DNA of 56,561 bases from a virus (IMGVR_UViG_3300033149_005620:1-56561); one strand, 5' to 3'; positions 9,246 through 18,575 are shown, counted from the first letter of the stretch. Program-made: numbers and translations. The notes: a model not told the origin generated them from the letters alone.

Positions 9246-9842
9246 TCATAAGCCGTGTTTACTCGCCTGATCTTGCTTGACTGCCTTTTCGCGCTCAGCG
9301 TAATAACTCACAAGAGCCTGCATGTCTTCAGGGCTGGCTTCCCCTGGAACATTGCGTTGATAGATCCAGCACATTTCGCCTGGATCTGCGCCTATGTCCG
9401 TGTAATAAATTCCGATGGGGATAAATTCACCTTGGTGGAACCATGCAAAGAAGGCGTAGTGGCTATAATTGCTGAACTTGGCTCCCGGCTTTGTTGGATA
9501 CATAATTTGGTGAACTATGTCATCGGGATATTGATCTACGCCAGGACCAAAGGAAGTAAAGTCAGGCACCCCTTCCGGCAGCAGAATGGTTTTTTCGGTA
9601 ATCCCTTTGCGCAGAATGCCGTTTGATACTGTCCGCTGAATAAACTGTATGGTGCCGTAGTGGAAACGAGATCCCTCGAAAGATTGGGAAGTTGGGGCGG
9701 GCTGTTCGCTAGTCGTCACACACCCAGCCCCCGCCCATGCTAGCAGGAGCATGCTGGCAAGGACCAAAAACAGCCTAAAACTTTTTCTCATGCTTTTATC
9801 CTCCAAATTCATCCGGGTCGGGCATACATTCTCTTTCGACAA
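9246..9842 (-). CDS. Putative lipoprotein
   Basis: From MRKSFRLFLVLASMLLLAWAGAGC: basic N-terminus, hydrophobic core, lipobox-like AGC. Confidence 0.6.
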   Translation of the reverse strand: MSKENVCPTRMNLEDKSMRKSFRLFLVLASMLLLAWAGAGCVTTSEQPAPTSQSFEGSRFHYGTIQFIQRTVSNGILRKGITEKTILLPEGVPDFTSFGPGVDQYPDDIVHQIMYPTKPGAKFSNYSHYAFFAWFHQGEFIPIGIYYTDIGADPGEMCWIYQRNVPGEASPEDMQALVSYYAEREKAVKQDQASKHGL

Positions 9843-10098
9843 TGTGTGCCTTCTCCTCGTCGCTTAGCCAAGCGTACTCTTCGGGGCTGTACATGAACTT
9901 GATCGATTCTGGCAGTGCGTCGTAGCGCGGGTCGTGCTGGAACCGTGTCTCCTCTCTCTCTGGACCAGCGAGCCATTTTTCGAAGTCAAAGGCCATCTCC
10001 CCCAGTTTAGGCCTTAACCCAAAGATAGACGCCTTCCTTGGTCTGATATTCCCACTTGCCATGTAGGCCAAGGTATCCTGGTTTATTCCAAGGTGCAT
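9796..10098 (-). CDS. Small hypothetical protein (likely start MAFDFEKW)
   Basis: Acidic ORF in the late operon. Confidence 0.5.
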   Translation of the reverse strand: MHLGINQDTLAYMASGNIRPRKASIFGLRPKLGEMAFDFEKWLAGPEREETRFQHDPRYDALPESIKFMYSPEEYAWLSDEEKAHIVERECMPDPDEFGG

Positions 10099-10432
10099 AA
10101 TACCAAGCTATCGAAGAGGGCCTATAATAATCTGAAATGCTCCTCCTGATTTGAACTTTGCGTAGATACTTGGCTGGCACATGTTTTCGTAGGTTTTGGA
10201 GAAGGTGTTGTATAATAACGGTTTTATTTAATTCTTTTGTTTTGTCACCGTTCCAAGGCGTGTATAACAAAGAGCCATATTCATGGCCTGGATTAAACTT
10301 GTCATTTTTGAAGGCTTCTTCAACTGACCGGGCAATGGCCTCTATGGTCTCCAGGGGTAAAGAACCCGCACCGATAGCGACAGCCGAAACCTTCAGGAAC
10401 CCCCTTCTTGTTAGCTTCCTTGATTCCACCAA
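10007..10432 (-). CDS. Hypothetical protein with Tat-like signal
   Basis: N-terminal LTRRGFLK twin-arginine motif followed by a hydrophobic stretch. Confidence 0.55.
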   Translation of the reverse strand: MVESRKLTRRGFLKVSAVAIGAGSLPLETIEAIARSVEEAFKNDKFNPGHEYGSLLYTPWNGDKTKELNKTVIIQHLLQNLRKHVPAKYLRKVQIRRSISDYYRPSSIAWYYAPWNKPGYLGLHGKWEYQTKEGVYLWVKA

Positions 10433-10591
10433 CTAACTCCCATCATATATCCCATGGTCCGTCTTGTCGGTACTCTTGAGCTTACGGCCGTTGCTGAACT
10501 CGTAAACGTCCTCGGGCTCGTTGTGCTCCGGGTCCGCCTCAAGAACCTCAGAAAGCCAGGATTTGTCTGATGTCGTCGTCATGTGTGCCCC

Positions 10592-10885
10592 CTAGTCCGC
10601 TGGCCAAGGCACTTTCTTGTATCCTTGGGCGATATCCCGATCCGTGGCCGACGGGCTTGACTTGGTTGACTTTTTTGCGAGCTTTTTCTCCCTCATTGTC
10701 TCGAAGGCCTTGGCCAAGCCTGCCTGTTTTCGCGTCTCTGCGCTGGCACGATTCCCTTTCTTGAGCACTTTATCTGCATACTCACTCGTGCTCATGTGGG
10801 CACGTTTTGCCTTTGCGCTGAACGCCCCGGGACGCTTGATTACCTCCTCCCGAGGCCTACCAAACAATGTCCCCTTCTTTGCCAT
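10592..10885 (-). CDS. Small basic hypothetical protein
   Basis: Lys-rich, IKRPGAFSAKAKRA; GGAAGGAG RBS; follows TerL. Confidence 0.65.
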   Translation of the reverse strand: MAKKGTLFGRPREEVIKRPGAFSAKAKRAHMSTSEYADKVLKKGNRASAETRKQAGLAKAFETMREKKLAKKSTKSSPSATDRDIAQGYKKVPWPAD

Positions 10886-10905
10886 TATCTCGCACTCCTT
10901 CCAGC

Positions 10906-12660
10906 CTAATCGGTCTCTGGTTCCGGTAAAGTGTCTTGCTCCCTCACCACCTGGGGCGGCCGCATATCCAGGTCATAAATCCTGCTCATAGCGTCCAGGA
11001 AGTCTTTCCATGTGGTTGCGGGAAAAAACAGATACTCGTTTTTGATGACGCGCTCAACCACGTTGTAAAGCTCGCCGTTCTCGTCCTTACGCATGATCCT
11101 GGTTGCTACAAGATAGGGCTTCCCTCTTTTGATGGCATCGGCCTGGAGCTTGGTCGCCCGGGGCTTGAAATTAAACTGATCTGCAACCCGGTCATACTCC
11201 ACTTCGGGGTAGAAGAACTTCCAGTTCTGGTGGTCGGGAATGAGGCGGCGAATCCTGTCGTCCTTTGCGCCCTGGGTCCGATCGCGGGGCCATGAGACTT
11301 CAGTGATCGGAAATGCCGCCTTTTCGATTTGCATCATTTGCTCATAGTGTTCAATGTCGGACTGCATGCCGTACTTTTCATAGGCTACCATGACGGTCTG
11401 GACCCCTGGCTGCTTGATCCACTTGTTCCGCAGATACTTGAGCATCCTCCATCTGGCTGCCAGATCCATCTTGTGACACGCACCATCCAGCAGATACTTG
11501 TTCCAGGCTGCGTCAATGCCAATGACCGCAAAAGCGGAGTTGCAAGACTCTTTCTTCTTCGAGGACGCCGGGTCAACACAGATTGCCACGTTGAGGGTTT
11601 CAGGCCTGATTTCCCACCTGCGGATCCACTCAGGCTTGAGTTCCTGTTCTTCGCCGGCCAGTGGGTTGAGGAGCATCTGGCAGGCGATCGTCCGTGGCGA
11701 GCTGTCTCGCTTTTTCTTCTCCCACTCCTTCGGGCTCAGCAGCACCGGCGCCCCATCGGGGGTCCCGCTATCGGTCGCAGGGTAAATGCGGGGCGTTGCA
11801 GCTTCCCTCTCCAACATAACCCCATAGGTATCGGCAAAATTGTACCTCGTTCCCACGTACCACTTTCTGGGCGGAGTCTTCTCGTCTATACGGGACGACA
11901 GGAAGTCGGAGAGCTCCCACGCCTCTGTCGTCTTGAGGATCATATCGGGTGTCGTCACCGATTTCTCCGTGACGACGTCGTCATAGATCATGAGTTTGAA
12001 GTGCTTTGAGGTGGGAAGGCCGTCAACTAGGCCCCAGCCGGAAAGGGTTGCCTCGTTCGGGTTGGAAACTCTCTTGCAGATGAGCCCGTCGTCTCTCGAC
12101 CAGACCGGGGCTTGCTTCCTGGGCTGATCCCAGAACACCGTGGGGTAGAATCTCGGGAGGAGCGGATTGTTTTCCAGTTCGCGCTTCACGCGCACCACGA
12201 AGTCGCGCGCTATCTTTGTATTGTGGCTGAAGATGCCGATGGTTATCTCTTGCCCTGGACCCCGGAAGTAGGCGTCGGGTGGGTCGAAGACCTGGTAAAG
12301 CGGGCTGTCCTTGGCTATTTCCTGGATTGCACCTGCGAAGGTCATGATACTCGTCTTGAAATGCTCCCGTGCCCATAAGTCCAGGTGCCCGTCGGGATTA
12401 GCTTCAACTTCCCTGCACCGCTCGTACAGCCACTCGGGGCGCCACGTGCGATTTATGACTGACTGCAAGCGCAGCACTTGCGTGATGAGGAAAAAGCGGT
12501 CATACAGACCTACTATCGCCAGGACTTGCTCGTCGAGATGAGGGTCGTTGAGCATCTCCCTGTAGATCCGGAGTGCACCGCTATACGATGCAAAAGGCAG
12601 ATACTCGGAGGCCTGCCTTGCGTACTCAAGGTTGCTCGGTTTTCTTATCGCATTTTCCAT
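10906..12660 (-). CDS. terL: Terminase large subunit
   Basis: Walker A-like AREHFKTS, Walker B MIYDDVV, VGTRY coupling motif, RNase H-like ICVDPA and DFLDAMS. Confidence 0.93.
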   Translation of the reverse strand: MENAIRKPSNLEYARQASEYLPFASYSGALRIYREMLNDPHLDEQVLAIVGLYDRFFLITQVLRLQSVINRTWRPEWLYERCREVEANPDGHLDLWAREHFKTSIMTFAGAIQEIAKDSPLYQVFDPPDAYFRGPGQEITIGIFSHNTKIARDFVVRVKRELENNPLLPRFYPTVFWDQPRKQAPVWSRDDGLICKRVSNPNEATLSGWGLVDGLPTSKHFKLMIYDDVVTEKSVTTPDMILKTTEAWELSDFLSSRIDEKTPPRKWYVGTRYNFADTYGVMLEREAATPRIYPATDSGTPDGAPVLLSPKEWEKKKRDSSPRTIACQMLLNPLAGEEQELKPEWIRRWEIRPETLNVAICVDPASSKKKESCNSAFAVIGIDAAWNKYLLDGACHKMDLAARWRMLKYLRNKWIKQPGVQTVMVAYEKYGMQSDIEHYEQMMQIEKAAFPITEVSWPRDRTQGAKDDRIRRLIPDHQNWKFFYPEVEYDRVADQFNFKPRATKLQADAIKRGKPYLVATRIMRKDENGELYNVVERVIKNEYLFFPATTWKDFLDAMSRIYDLDMRPPQVVREQDTLPEPETD

Positions 12661-12775
12661 GATTGTTTACATGAAGCCGGGTTTCTACCAATTGCCCTGA
12701 AGACCCGGCGCTCAGGGTTTAGGAGGTCGCGTCGACCAGCGGGGAGTTGACCGCATTGGTAGCAACGGAGCGTTT

Positions 12776-13336
12776 TCAGTGGTTTTCCTGGTCTTTTTTG
12801 ATGGCTTCATTGAGTGCCTGGAGGTTCATTTCACCTCTTACGTCAACCTCAATGGGCTTGCCATCTTTACCGGTGTGTTCGTGCCTGTCCGGGGCGTATG
12901 TGCCTTTGATTTTGAAAGCCATATCCAGGGCTCTGCGCTGAGTCTCGAGTGCAACGACGTCGATCCCTATAAGCGAATCGCCGGGATCCTCGCCCGCTTC
13001 TGAGGCGACCACTAAGCGGTGGCCCTGGGGTAGTTCCTTCTCATTGATCACGCCTTTGAGTTTATGGAAGACGGTCTGCTTTGCCTCAATGAGATTGAGG
13101 AGTTTGAGTTTCAGGCGGTTATCGGAAAAGCCATGCTCATCGAGCCAGCTCTCAATTTCGGTGGCGAGCAGGTTTCGGTTCCGATACCCGATTTGCCCAA
13201 AGCTGTGTCGACTGGTGGCACGATAGCCAGCGGCAATTGCCGAGGCGGTGGCGTTCAGGAACGTGTGACTGCCTTCGTCGAGGTAAGCTTTAAGCCACGC
13301 TATTTGCTTTGGGTTCCTCGCTTTTTTCTTTGCCAT
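12776..13336 (-). CDS. terS: Terminase small subunit
   Basis: FLNATASAIAAGY HTH, RALDMAFKIKG, EHTGKDGKPI tail; directly upstream of TerL. Confidence 0.85.
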   Translation of the reverse strand: MAKKKARNPKQIAWLKAYLDEGSHTFLNATASAIAAGYRATSRHSFGQIGYRNRNLLATEIESWLDEHGFSDNRLKLKLLNLIEAKQTVFHKLKGVINEKELPQGHRLVVASEAGEDPGDSLIGIDVVALETQRRALDMAFKIKGTYAPDRHEHTGKDGKPIEVDVRGEMNLQALNEAIKKDQENH

Positions 13337-13531
13337 CTAAAAACAGCACGCCTTTATTGGTCGGTTATGAATTGTTGCCTTCCACACCAGTAGATCAATG
13401 ATGGGGACGCGCAGGGGTCCCGGTTCTGGCCAGGAGCAAGCTTCGCCGCGCTCTTTGTCGATGCCCGCAATAATCTTATCTTCTATCCTGTGGCGCTCCC
13501 TTTCCCTGTCATTTCCCTTTTTACCGGTCAT
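13337..13531 (-). CDS. Hypothetical protein
   Basis: Short ORF coupled between neighbours. Confidence 0.4.
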   Translation of the reverse strand: MTGKKGNDRERERHRIEDKIIAGIDKERGEACSWPEPGPLRVPIIDLLVWKATIHNRPIKACCF

Positions 13532-13991
13532 CTAATCCATGGTCCCTTGCCCACCGGAGGCTCACGCCCTGGTAGGACGACTCCCCTTTTAGCCACTTTG
13601 GCTTTCTCTGATTAAGGGGCCTCATCCTGACGTAATACCGCGCCCATGCAACCTTGAATTGGCGGCACATAGCGGGGGTCATATTGAGCTTTCCGGAGCC
13701 TTTCCAGGCGCAGTAGGAATCAAGTGCAGTGAAGTCGTTGTCGAACCAGCAGGCGATCTCTATGGATTTTAGGCGGGGTACGGCGTTAGGGTCGAATTCG
13801 CCAGGGGGAGCGTCTTTCTCCCACACACCCCCTTCACAATAAAAATCCAGGAGACCGGTGAATCTGGCGTCCTGGATTGGGCATAAAAACGTCTTTTTGT
13901 CTTGGCCTTTACATGCGAAACTCCCGTTAAAAGTGCATTTTGGCGCAAAAATCCGAAGTCTAGCGGAGTTTAACCTACCTCTTATCCCCAT
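13521..13991 (-). CDS. Hypothetical protein (start uncertain)
   Basis: Protein-like ORF; a TTGACA at 13996-13991 suggests a promoter overlapping the annotated start. Confidence 0.45.
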   Translation of the reverse strand: MGIRGRLNSARLRIFAPKCTFNGSFACKGQDKKTFLCPIQDARFTGLLDFYCEGGVWEKDAPPGEFDPNAVPRLKSIEIACWFDNDFTALDSYCAWKGSGKLNMTPAMCRQFKVAWARYYVRMRPLNQRKPKWLKGESSYQGVSLRWARDHGLDDR

Positions 13992-14102
13992 GTCAAGTGT
14001 CCGGGAGCTAAAAAAGGGGGGAAGAAAGGTGCTTTTTCGGGGTAAATCGCGGAAGAATGATACCCTTTCGGGGCAAATCGAGGCCTTGTCAATTTTGACC
14101 CC

Positions 14103-14312
14103 CTATTCGGTAGAGACGCATGGTTCTGAGGCAGGTTGAAGTGTGACGCCTTTCACTCTCTCCAAGAGGTCTTCCTCAAAAACCGCAATCCTGGGTCTAT
14201 AAGCCTGGAGGATGGGCGTGTCTGTTCGGCGCAGTATCTTCCGCGCGGTCCGCTTGCTTACCCCAAGCTTTTTCGCTATCTCCCCAAGCCCAACGATAAT
14301 GTTCGCACTCAT
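14103..14312 (-). CDS. Small HTH DNA-binding protein (possible late regulator)
   Basis: GLGEIAKKLGVSKRTARK HTH. Confidence 0.7.
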   Translation of the reverse strand: MSANIIVGLGEIAKKLGVSKRTARKILRRTDTPILQAYRPRIAVFEEDLLERVKGVTLQPASEPCVSTE

Positions 14313-14432
14313 TTGCGATCTCCCTTGGTCTTCCTAGCTAACCACTGGAAAATCATCACGATTGCGGCAAGCCCCAAGCCGATGATTGCGCCTATCAGGG
14401 CTGATTTCATCATTTACCCCACCTCCTCTGCT

Positions 14433-15185
14433 TCAACACTTATCAACGCTGTATACCGCCGATTCCGGGACCGTTTTAAGTTTCTGCTCGCGGATCCGGT
14501 TACCGGTGCGCAGGAATTCCTTTTCGTCGTTGATCAGGTTCATGACCAGTGCGTAGACCTTGTCGGTGTAAGGTATGGGCTCGTTGCACCTGTCCAGGAA
14601 GCAAAAGCTGGTTGATGGATAGTGGCCACGCCACCTCCGGACTCCATCGAGCCTCACAACATCGGGTTTAGCGAGGAATGGCTGTGATCTATGGTAATCA
14701 CCAAAAACGTTGCCGATAATCCAGCTGTGCTTACCTATGACAATCACCCGGTTCGTCCTCCGGTATACCTTCCACTGCTCAAATCCGATGAGATCCCTCA
14801 AAAGCAATTGTGCCTTACATTCGGATTTATACGGAGCCCGTTGCGCTTTCAGTTGCTGCCGTTTGTTCGGCCTTTTCGGTTTCTGAGGTATAGGTGCAAC
14901 GACCGGGCTTGCACAATTGGTCCCCGTATAGGGTGAGTGCACGAACTTGGAACGCTCTGACGGTAGGCCAGGGTAATAGACGCACCCTGCCGCAATAGCT
15001 AGAGCTGTACCAGGGCTGAAGTTAGGAGTTTGCCCCCCTTCAGAAAGTGCTATTGTGCTTCCCGGTAAAAGCCCCGCTCCTTGTGGGCGAGGAGCCTTAA
15101 TATGAGACATAGAATTCTCCGCCCATTTCCGAAATTTACTAGCCAGTACAGCGCTACTTAGTTCGTGGAATAAAAATTCCATCAC
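14433..15185 (-). CDS. Hypothetical protein
   Basis: 250-aa ORF whose GTG start overlaps the TGA stop of the upstream gene. Confidence 0.6.
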   Translation of the reverse strand: MMEFLFHELSSAVLASKFRKWAENSMSHIKAPRPQGAGLLPGSTIALSEGGQTPNFSPGTALAIAAGCVYYPGLPSERSKFVHSPYTGTNCASPVVAPIPQKPKRPNKRQQLKAQRAPYKSECKAQLLLRDLIGFEQWKVYRRTNRVIVIGKHSWIIGNVFGDYHRSQPFLAKPDVVRLDGVRRWRGHYPSTSFCFLDRCNEPIPYTDKVYALVMNLINDEKEFLRTGNRIREQKLKTVPESAVYSVDKC

Positions 15186-15583
15186 CTGTTCCTCCTCTCC
15201 TCGTAAAGTTTTAAGAACGCTCTAAAGCTTTTTACGACCGGGTAGATGTGACCCAGCCTTGAAAAATTCAGCTTCATGGCCTTCTGTGCGGGGGTCAACC
15301 TCCCCCTCTTGGACTTAAGCTCAAAGGCGAGCCACCGGCCGCCCCCAATGGCAATCATTCAATCCGGCCAACCAGGTGTCAGGATCCCCCGGACCCGAGC
15401 GCTCTGCCTGTTTCACTGGCAGGGGTACCCCCGGTCCTTCGCCCACTTCATTATCCTGCCTTGGAGACGCCCCTCCGGTCCGGGTTCCGCTTCCTGGTCT
15501 TCTCTCGTCTCAGCGAACCCCATCTTCCGGTTGTACTCGGCCATATACTCGCTTACCTGCTCCTCTGTCGCCCGCAACCTCAT
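15182..15583 (-). CDS. VRR-NUC (PD-(D/E)xK) nuclease with two in-frame TGA codons (candidate selenoprotein; alternatively a pseudogene)
   Basis: AAGGAGGTG RBS and ATGA overlap with the replication gene. Translation: ...EGRLQGRIMKWAKDRGYPCQ*NRQSARVRGILTPGWPD*MIAIGGGRWLAFELKSKRGRLTPAQK... TGA at 15415-15413 and 15361-15359; GxPD...ELK...LTxxQ motif intact. Absent from the ORF track. Confidence 0.8.
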
Positions 15584-16653
15584 GCGTAGGGCACCTCCTT
15601 TGATTTGAGCTGTTCGGATTGTTTTTTCAGCTGCTGCAATCGCTCCTCCTCGCTCATATCCATGCCTTTGGTCGCTTTATCCACCAGTCCAGCTAGATCC
15701 GGGGCGGCCACTGCCCTGAAGCATTTGGCGCACAATCCGGTTTCCAGATCGATCATCACGTTCGTAGCTCCGCAACCTTTACACCGTGAACTCTGTACTG
15801 GCTCCTGGAGGGGCGGACCGCTGGTCGGTTTATTGAACTCCACCCACTTGAGCACCCAGTTCCTCCACGCAGCGATCCAGTCGTTGAATTTACTTTCGAG
15901 CTTTTGGTGGTGAGCTTTAAACTTTTCGAATTGAAAGGGGACCTCCTCTTCGGGCATGTGATATCTTTTCGCATAAGCTTTCATCTCGCTGGTGGGATAG
16001 AAATTCTTTGGGAGTGGCACCTTGACTTTGAAGTGAAATTTCTCTCCCTCGGATTTTTTTGAATTTTTAGGGTGAGGAGGGTCCGCAGGTGCGGCCCTCA
16101 TATTCTCCTTCTCTATCTCCTTCTCCTTCTTTGTCTCTATCTCTATCTCCTTCTCTATCTCTGTCTCTGTCTCTTTTGTCTCCACACTTTGTGGACACTG
16201 TGTTGACACCATGGGGGACAAGGTGTGATACAAAGTGTCCACATCTTGTCTTTTAAGATGCTTCCCTCCGTACCTCCTGAGGGATTCCATCAGTGATTCC
16301 AGCAATGTAAAGGATGAGGGAATAATTTGTGAGACCATAGACAAGATTCCCTGGGCGTGACTTTCGTTTTTTGGAGGGTTCCATTTGAGGTATTTTTTGA
16401 TCAGCACAAATTTTGAGGTCTCGCAGTACTCCAAAAAACCTAATTTTTCAAGGTGTCGACATGATGTGGACACGATGTCCACACTATATCCCAGATCCTC
16501 CGCAATGTAGCTTCTTGGGAGCCGGAAGCAGCCTAAGGAGTTCCCGTGCTCACATGAAAGGAGGTATGCTCCTATCAGCTTGACCTGGTCCGTGAGGTTG
16601 TGGGCTTGAGCCCAGGACCAGTACCTTGTGTGGATTTTTCCGAATTCTCTCAT
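15580..16653 (-). CDS. Phage replication initiator (replisome organiser-like)
   Basis: N-terminal wHTH-like region (YIAEDLGYS), ETETEIEKE linker, C-terminal FEKFKAHH...DWIAAWRNW domain and a CxxC...CxxC motif. Confidence 0.8.
   Translation of the reverse strand: MREFGKIHTRYWSWAQAHNLTDQVKLIGAYLLSCEHGNSLGCFRLPRSYIAEDLGYSVDIVSTSCRHLEKLGFLEYCETSKFVLIKKYLKWNPPKNESHAQGILSMVSQIIPSSFTLLESLMESLRRYGGKHLKRQDVDTLYHTLSPMVSTQCPQSVETKETETEIEKEIEIETKKEKEIEKENMRAAPADPPHPKNSKKSEGEKFHFKVKVPLPKNFYPTSEMKAYAKRYHMPEEEVPFQFEKFKAHHQKLESKFNDWIAAWRNWVLKWVEFNKPTSGPPLQEPVQSSRCKGCGATNVMIDLETGLCAKCFRAVAAPDLAGLVDKATKGMDMSEEERLQQLKKQSEQLKSKEVPYA
16190..16482. repeat. Candidate iterons (replication origin) inside the initiator gene
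   Basis: TGT(G/T/C)GAC-type units about 11 bp apart at 16190 and 16201 and at 16454, 16465 and 16476; inverted GTGTCCAC at 16235; next to a pyrimidine tract at ~16103-16176. Confidence 0.55.
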
Positions 16654-16656
16654 GGT

Positions 16657-16929
16657 TTACCCCACTAACTCATAGGCTTTGCGGACGTCCTCTTCGGTTA
16701 GCTTTCCAGCGACTTTACCGGTAGACGCTTTCAAGTACTCTTGTGGCTTGAAACCTCTTATCTTCTTTGGCCAGGGAGAGCCAAAAGGGGCAAAATAAAT
16801 ATCAGCACCCCTCAATGATGTCTTTTTTTTGGTTCCACGTTTCCACGGTGGGTCTGTGAAAATTCCGTCAACGGAATTATCAGGAAGTGATTTCAAAAAC
16901 TCTATCCCGTCTCTCAGTTGATATACCAA
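16657..16929 (-). pseudogene. Internally deleted N6/N4 DNA methyltransferase remnant
   Basis: DGIEFLKSLPDNSVDGIFTDPPW (catalytic motif IV) followed almost at once by a degenerate motif I (FAPFGS); only 90 aa. Confidence 0.6.
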
Positions 16930-17162
16930 CCCTAACCTCTAACGGCTTGGTTTTTCGCTTGCATTTTATGCCCTGGGCATATTATTAAACTCTTCAAGAG
17001 CTTAACCTTCCCGCCAACCCTCAATACGGGGGCTTCAATGCTGACGTCTATTCAAAAATTCTCCTACTACGTCCACCTGTTTTTCCCTGTTGTTTTTAGT
17101 TCCGATATTATGGTATTCAGAGTTTAAACCCTTTAAACACCTTTAAAAGCAGGAGGCCGCTC

Positions 17163-17483
17163 ATGAAAAAGCTTATTGTTTTTGCTGCTTTACTTTTTGT
17201 TCTGTTCTGGCCATTGTATGCTGGAGCAGGCCAAACCTGGGTCAGAGGCTATTACCGTAGCGACGGAACCTATGTTCAAGGGCATTGGCGGACTACCCCT
17301 GACTCAACTCGGATGAATAACTACTCATACCCAGGGAACTACAACCCGAATACCGGGCGGGTAACGCCCTACTCAAACAACCCAAGAAGGCTATTCCCAT
17401 CAAACCCGAGCCCATATAATGATAGCTTATTAGGACTCCCTGGTTCGAGGCGTGGTTCAGGCTACCGTAATTATGGGCGCTGA
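17163..17483 (+). CDS. Secreted small protein (moron)
   Basis: Signal peptide, VRGYYRSDGTYVQGHWRT...GNYNPNTG; AGGAGG RBS; AT-rich flanks; opposite strand to neighbours. Confidence 0.8.
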   Translation: MKKLIVFAALLFVLFWPLYAGAGQTWVRGYYRSDGTYVQGHWRTTPDSTRMNNYSYPGNYNPNTGRVTPYSNNPRRLFPSNPSPYNDSLLGLPGSRRGSGYRNYGR

Positions 17484-17636
17484 TGCCCGTCAGATTATAT
17501 TGCAAGGTAGTACTCATTCACTGTCGTTTCATAGAATAGTCCATTGTTGCTGTTTCTGGCAGATTTCCCTTTGGTCAACTTTAATAACTTCATGTTATCC
17601 TTGATATTTTCTGTAAAATAATTTTTTCATTATTTT

Positions 17637-17843
17637 TTAATAAGACTCATCCTCAGGTTCCTGGCATACTTTTTCCCAAAAGTCCGGGGAGTCCATCGTG
17701 GCCAGGATGTGTTTGCGGATCGCCTCACAAACAAAATCGCTGCGAGACCTGAACACCTTGTTCCTGGCAGCATCAAGCTGCTCGATCAGCCATCCCGGCA
17801 TGCTGACGGAGATCGTCTCCCGGGCCTCATTGTTGTGAGCCAT
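17637..17843 (-). CDS. Ribbon-helix-helix (CopG-like) regulator
   Basis: TISVSMPGWLIEQLD...SRSDFVCEAIR; AGGAGG RBS. Confidence 0.85.
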   Translation of the reverse strand: MAHNNEARETISVSMPGWLIEQLDAARNKVFRSRSDFVCEAIRKHILATMDSPDFWEKVCQEPEDESY

Positions 17844-17969
17844 GAAAGGCCTCCTGTAGGGTTTTCATGGTGCGAGAGGCAGAGGATAGCGCAATAGGGG
17901 GTTGGGGGCCTACCGCTGCCTATTCCTCTGCCACCACACAGGGGGCTGCGCCCCCGCCTATTTCGTGCT

Positions 17970-18238
17970 TCATTCTGCCCAGGGGTTAAACCCGAGGGCA
18001 TCTCTAATCTTGTCTTTCACCCGGGCGGACACAGGCCTCCCCTTCAGTGCGCGAAGCACCGAGGTATGGCTCAACCCCAGGTCTGACGCGAAATTTCTTA
18101 TTGATTTCCATTGGAACCTGATGATAAGAGTAAGAATTGTTTCCAGTGGAACTTTAGGCGACTCCAGTGAGCGCAAGAACCTGAAAACCTTGAGGTTTTG
18201 GCTGTTTTTCTCTGTCATGGGACTTAGGTGGCGTTTCA
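17970..18238 (-). CDS. HTH DNA-binding protein
   Basis: SIRNFASDLGLSHTSVLRALKG; real start probably MKRH or MTEK rather than 18422. Confidence 0.65.
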
Positions 18239-18281
18239 TAGCAACCCTTCTCCAGGCCCGTAGCCAGCGAAGGAGGATGTC

Positions 18282-18575
18282 ATGAGCCACAAGCTCAAGA
18301 TATACACGGTTATTCTTGATGAACGCATCGCCCGGTATCCGTACCTTGCAAGTGATCTGGCTGAAAAGGCCACAGACGAAAGGGGCAATCCCGTTTACTA
18401 CATGACCTGCACTGAAATCCACGAAGGAGGGACCTACTTCTCGGCAACGGTTTCGAAGCCTCCCAGCGGAGAGCCGCGACGTGTCCTTCTAGATCACTCA
18501 TTCGTTGTTGCAGTGCTTGAAGCGGTGAACCTCCGTAACCAACCCGGGTTCGCCCCAGAGGAATCCCCCGCATGA
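18282..18575 (+). CDS. Hypothetical protein (moron)
   Basis: AAGGAGG RBS; protein-like composition ending in QPGF. Confidence 0.55.
   Translation: MSHKLKIYTVILDERIARYPYLASDLAEKATDERGNPVYYMTCTEIHEGGTYFSATVSKPPSGEPRRVLLDHSFVVAVLEAVNLRNQPGFAPEESPA

Noticed and set aside
12695-12720. Hammerhead ribozyme (CTGAAGA on the plus strand)
   Set aside because: No GAAA after a stem II and no matching stems I/III.
15182-15583. Genome-wide TGA reassignment
   Set aside because: Many genes end in TGA with ATGA/GTGA coupling, and long ORFs are intact under the standard code.
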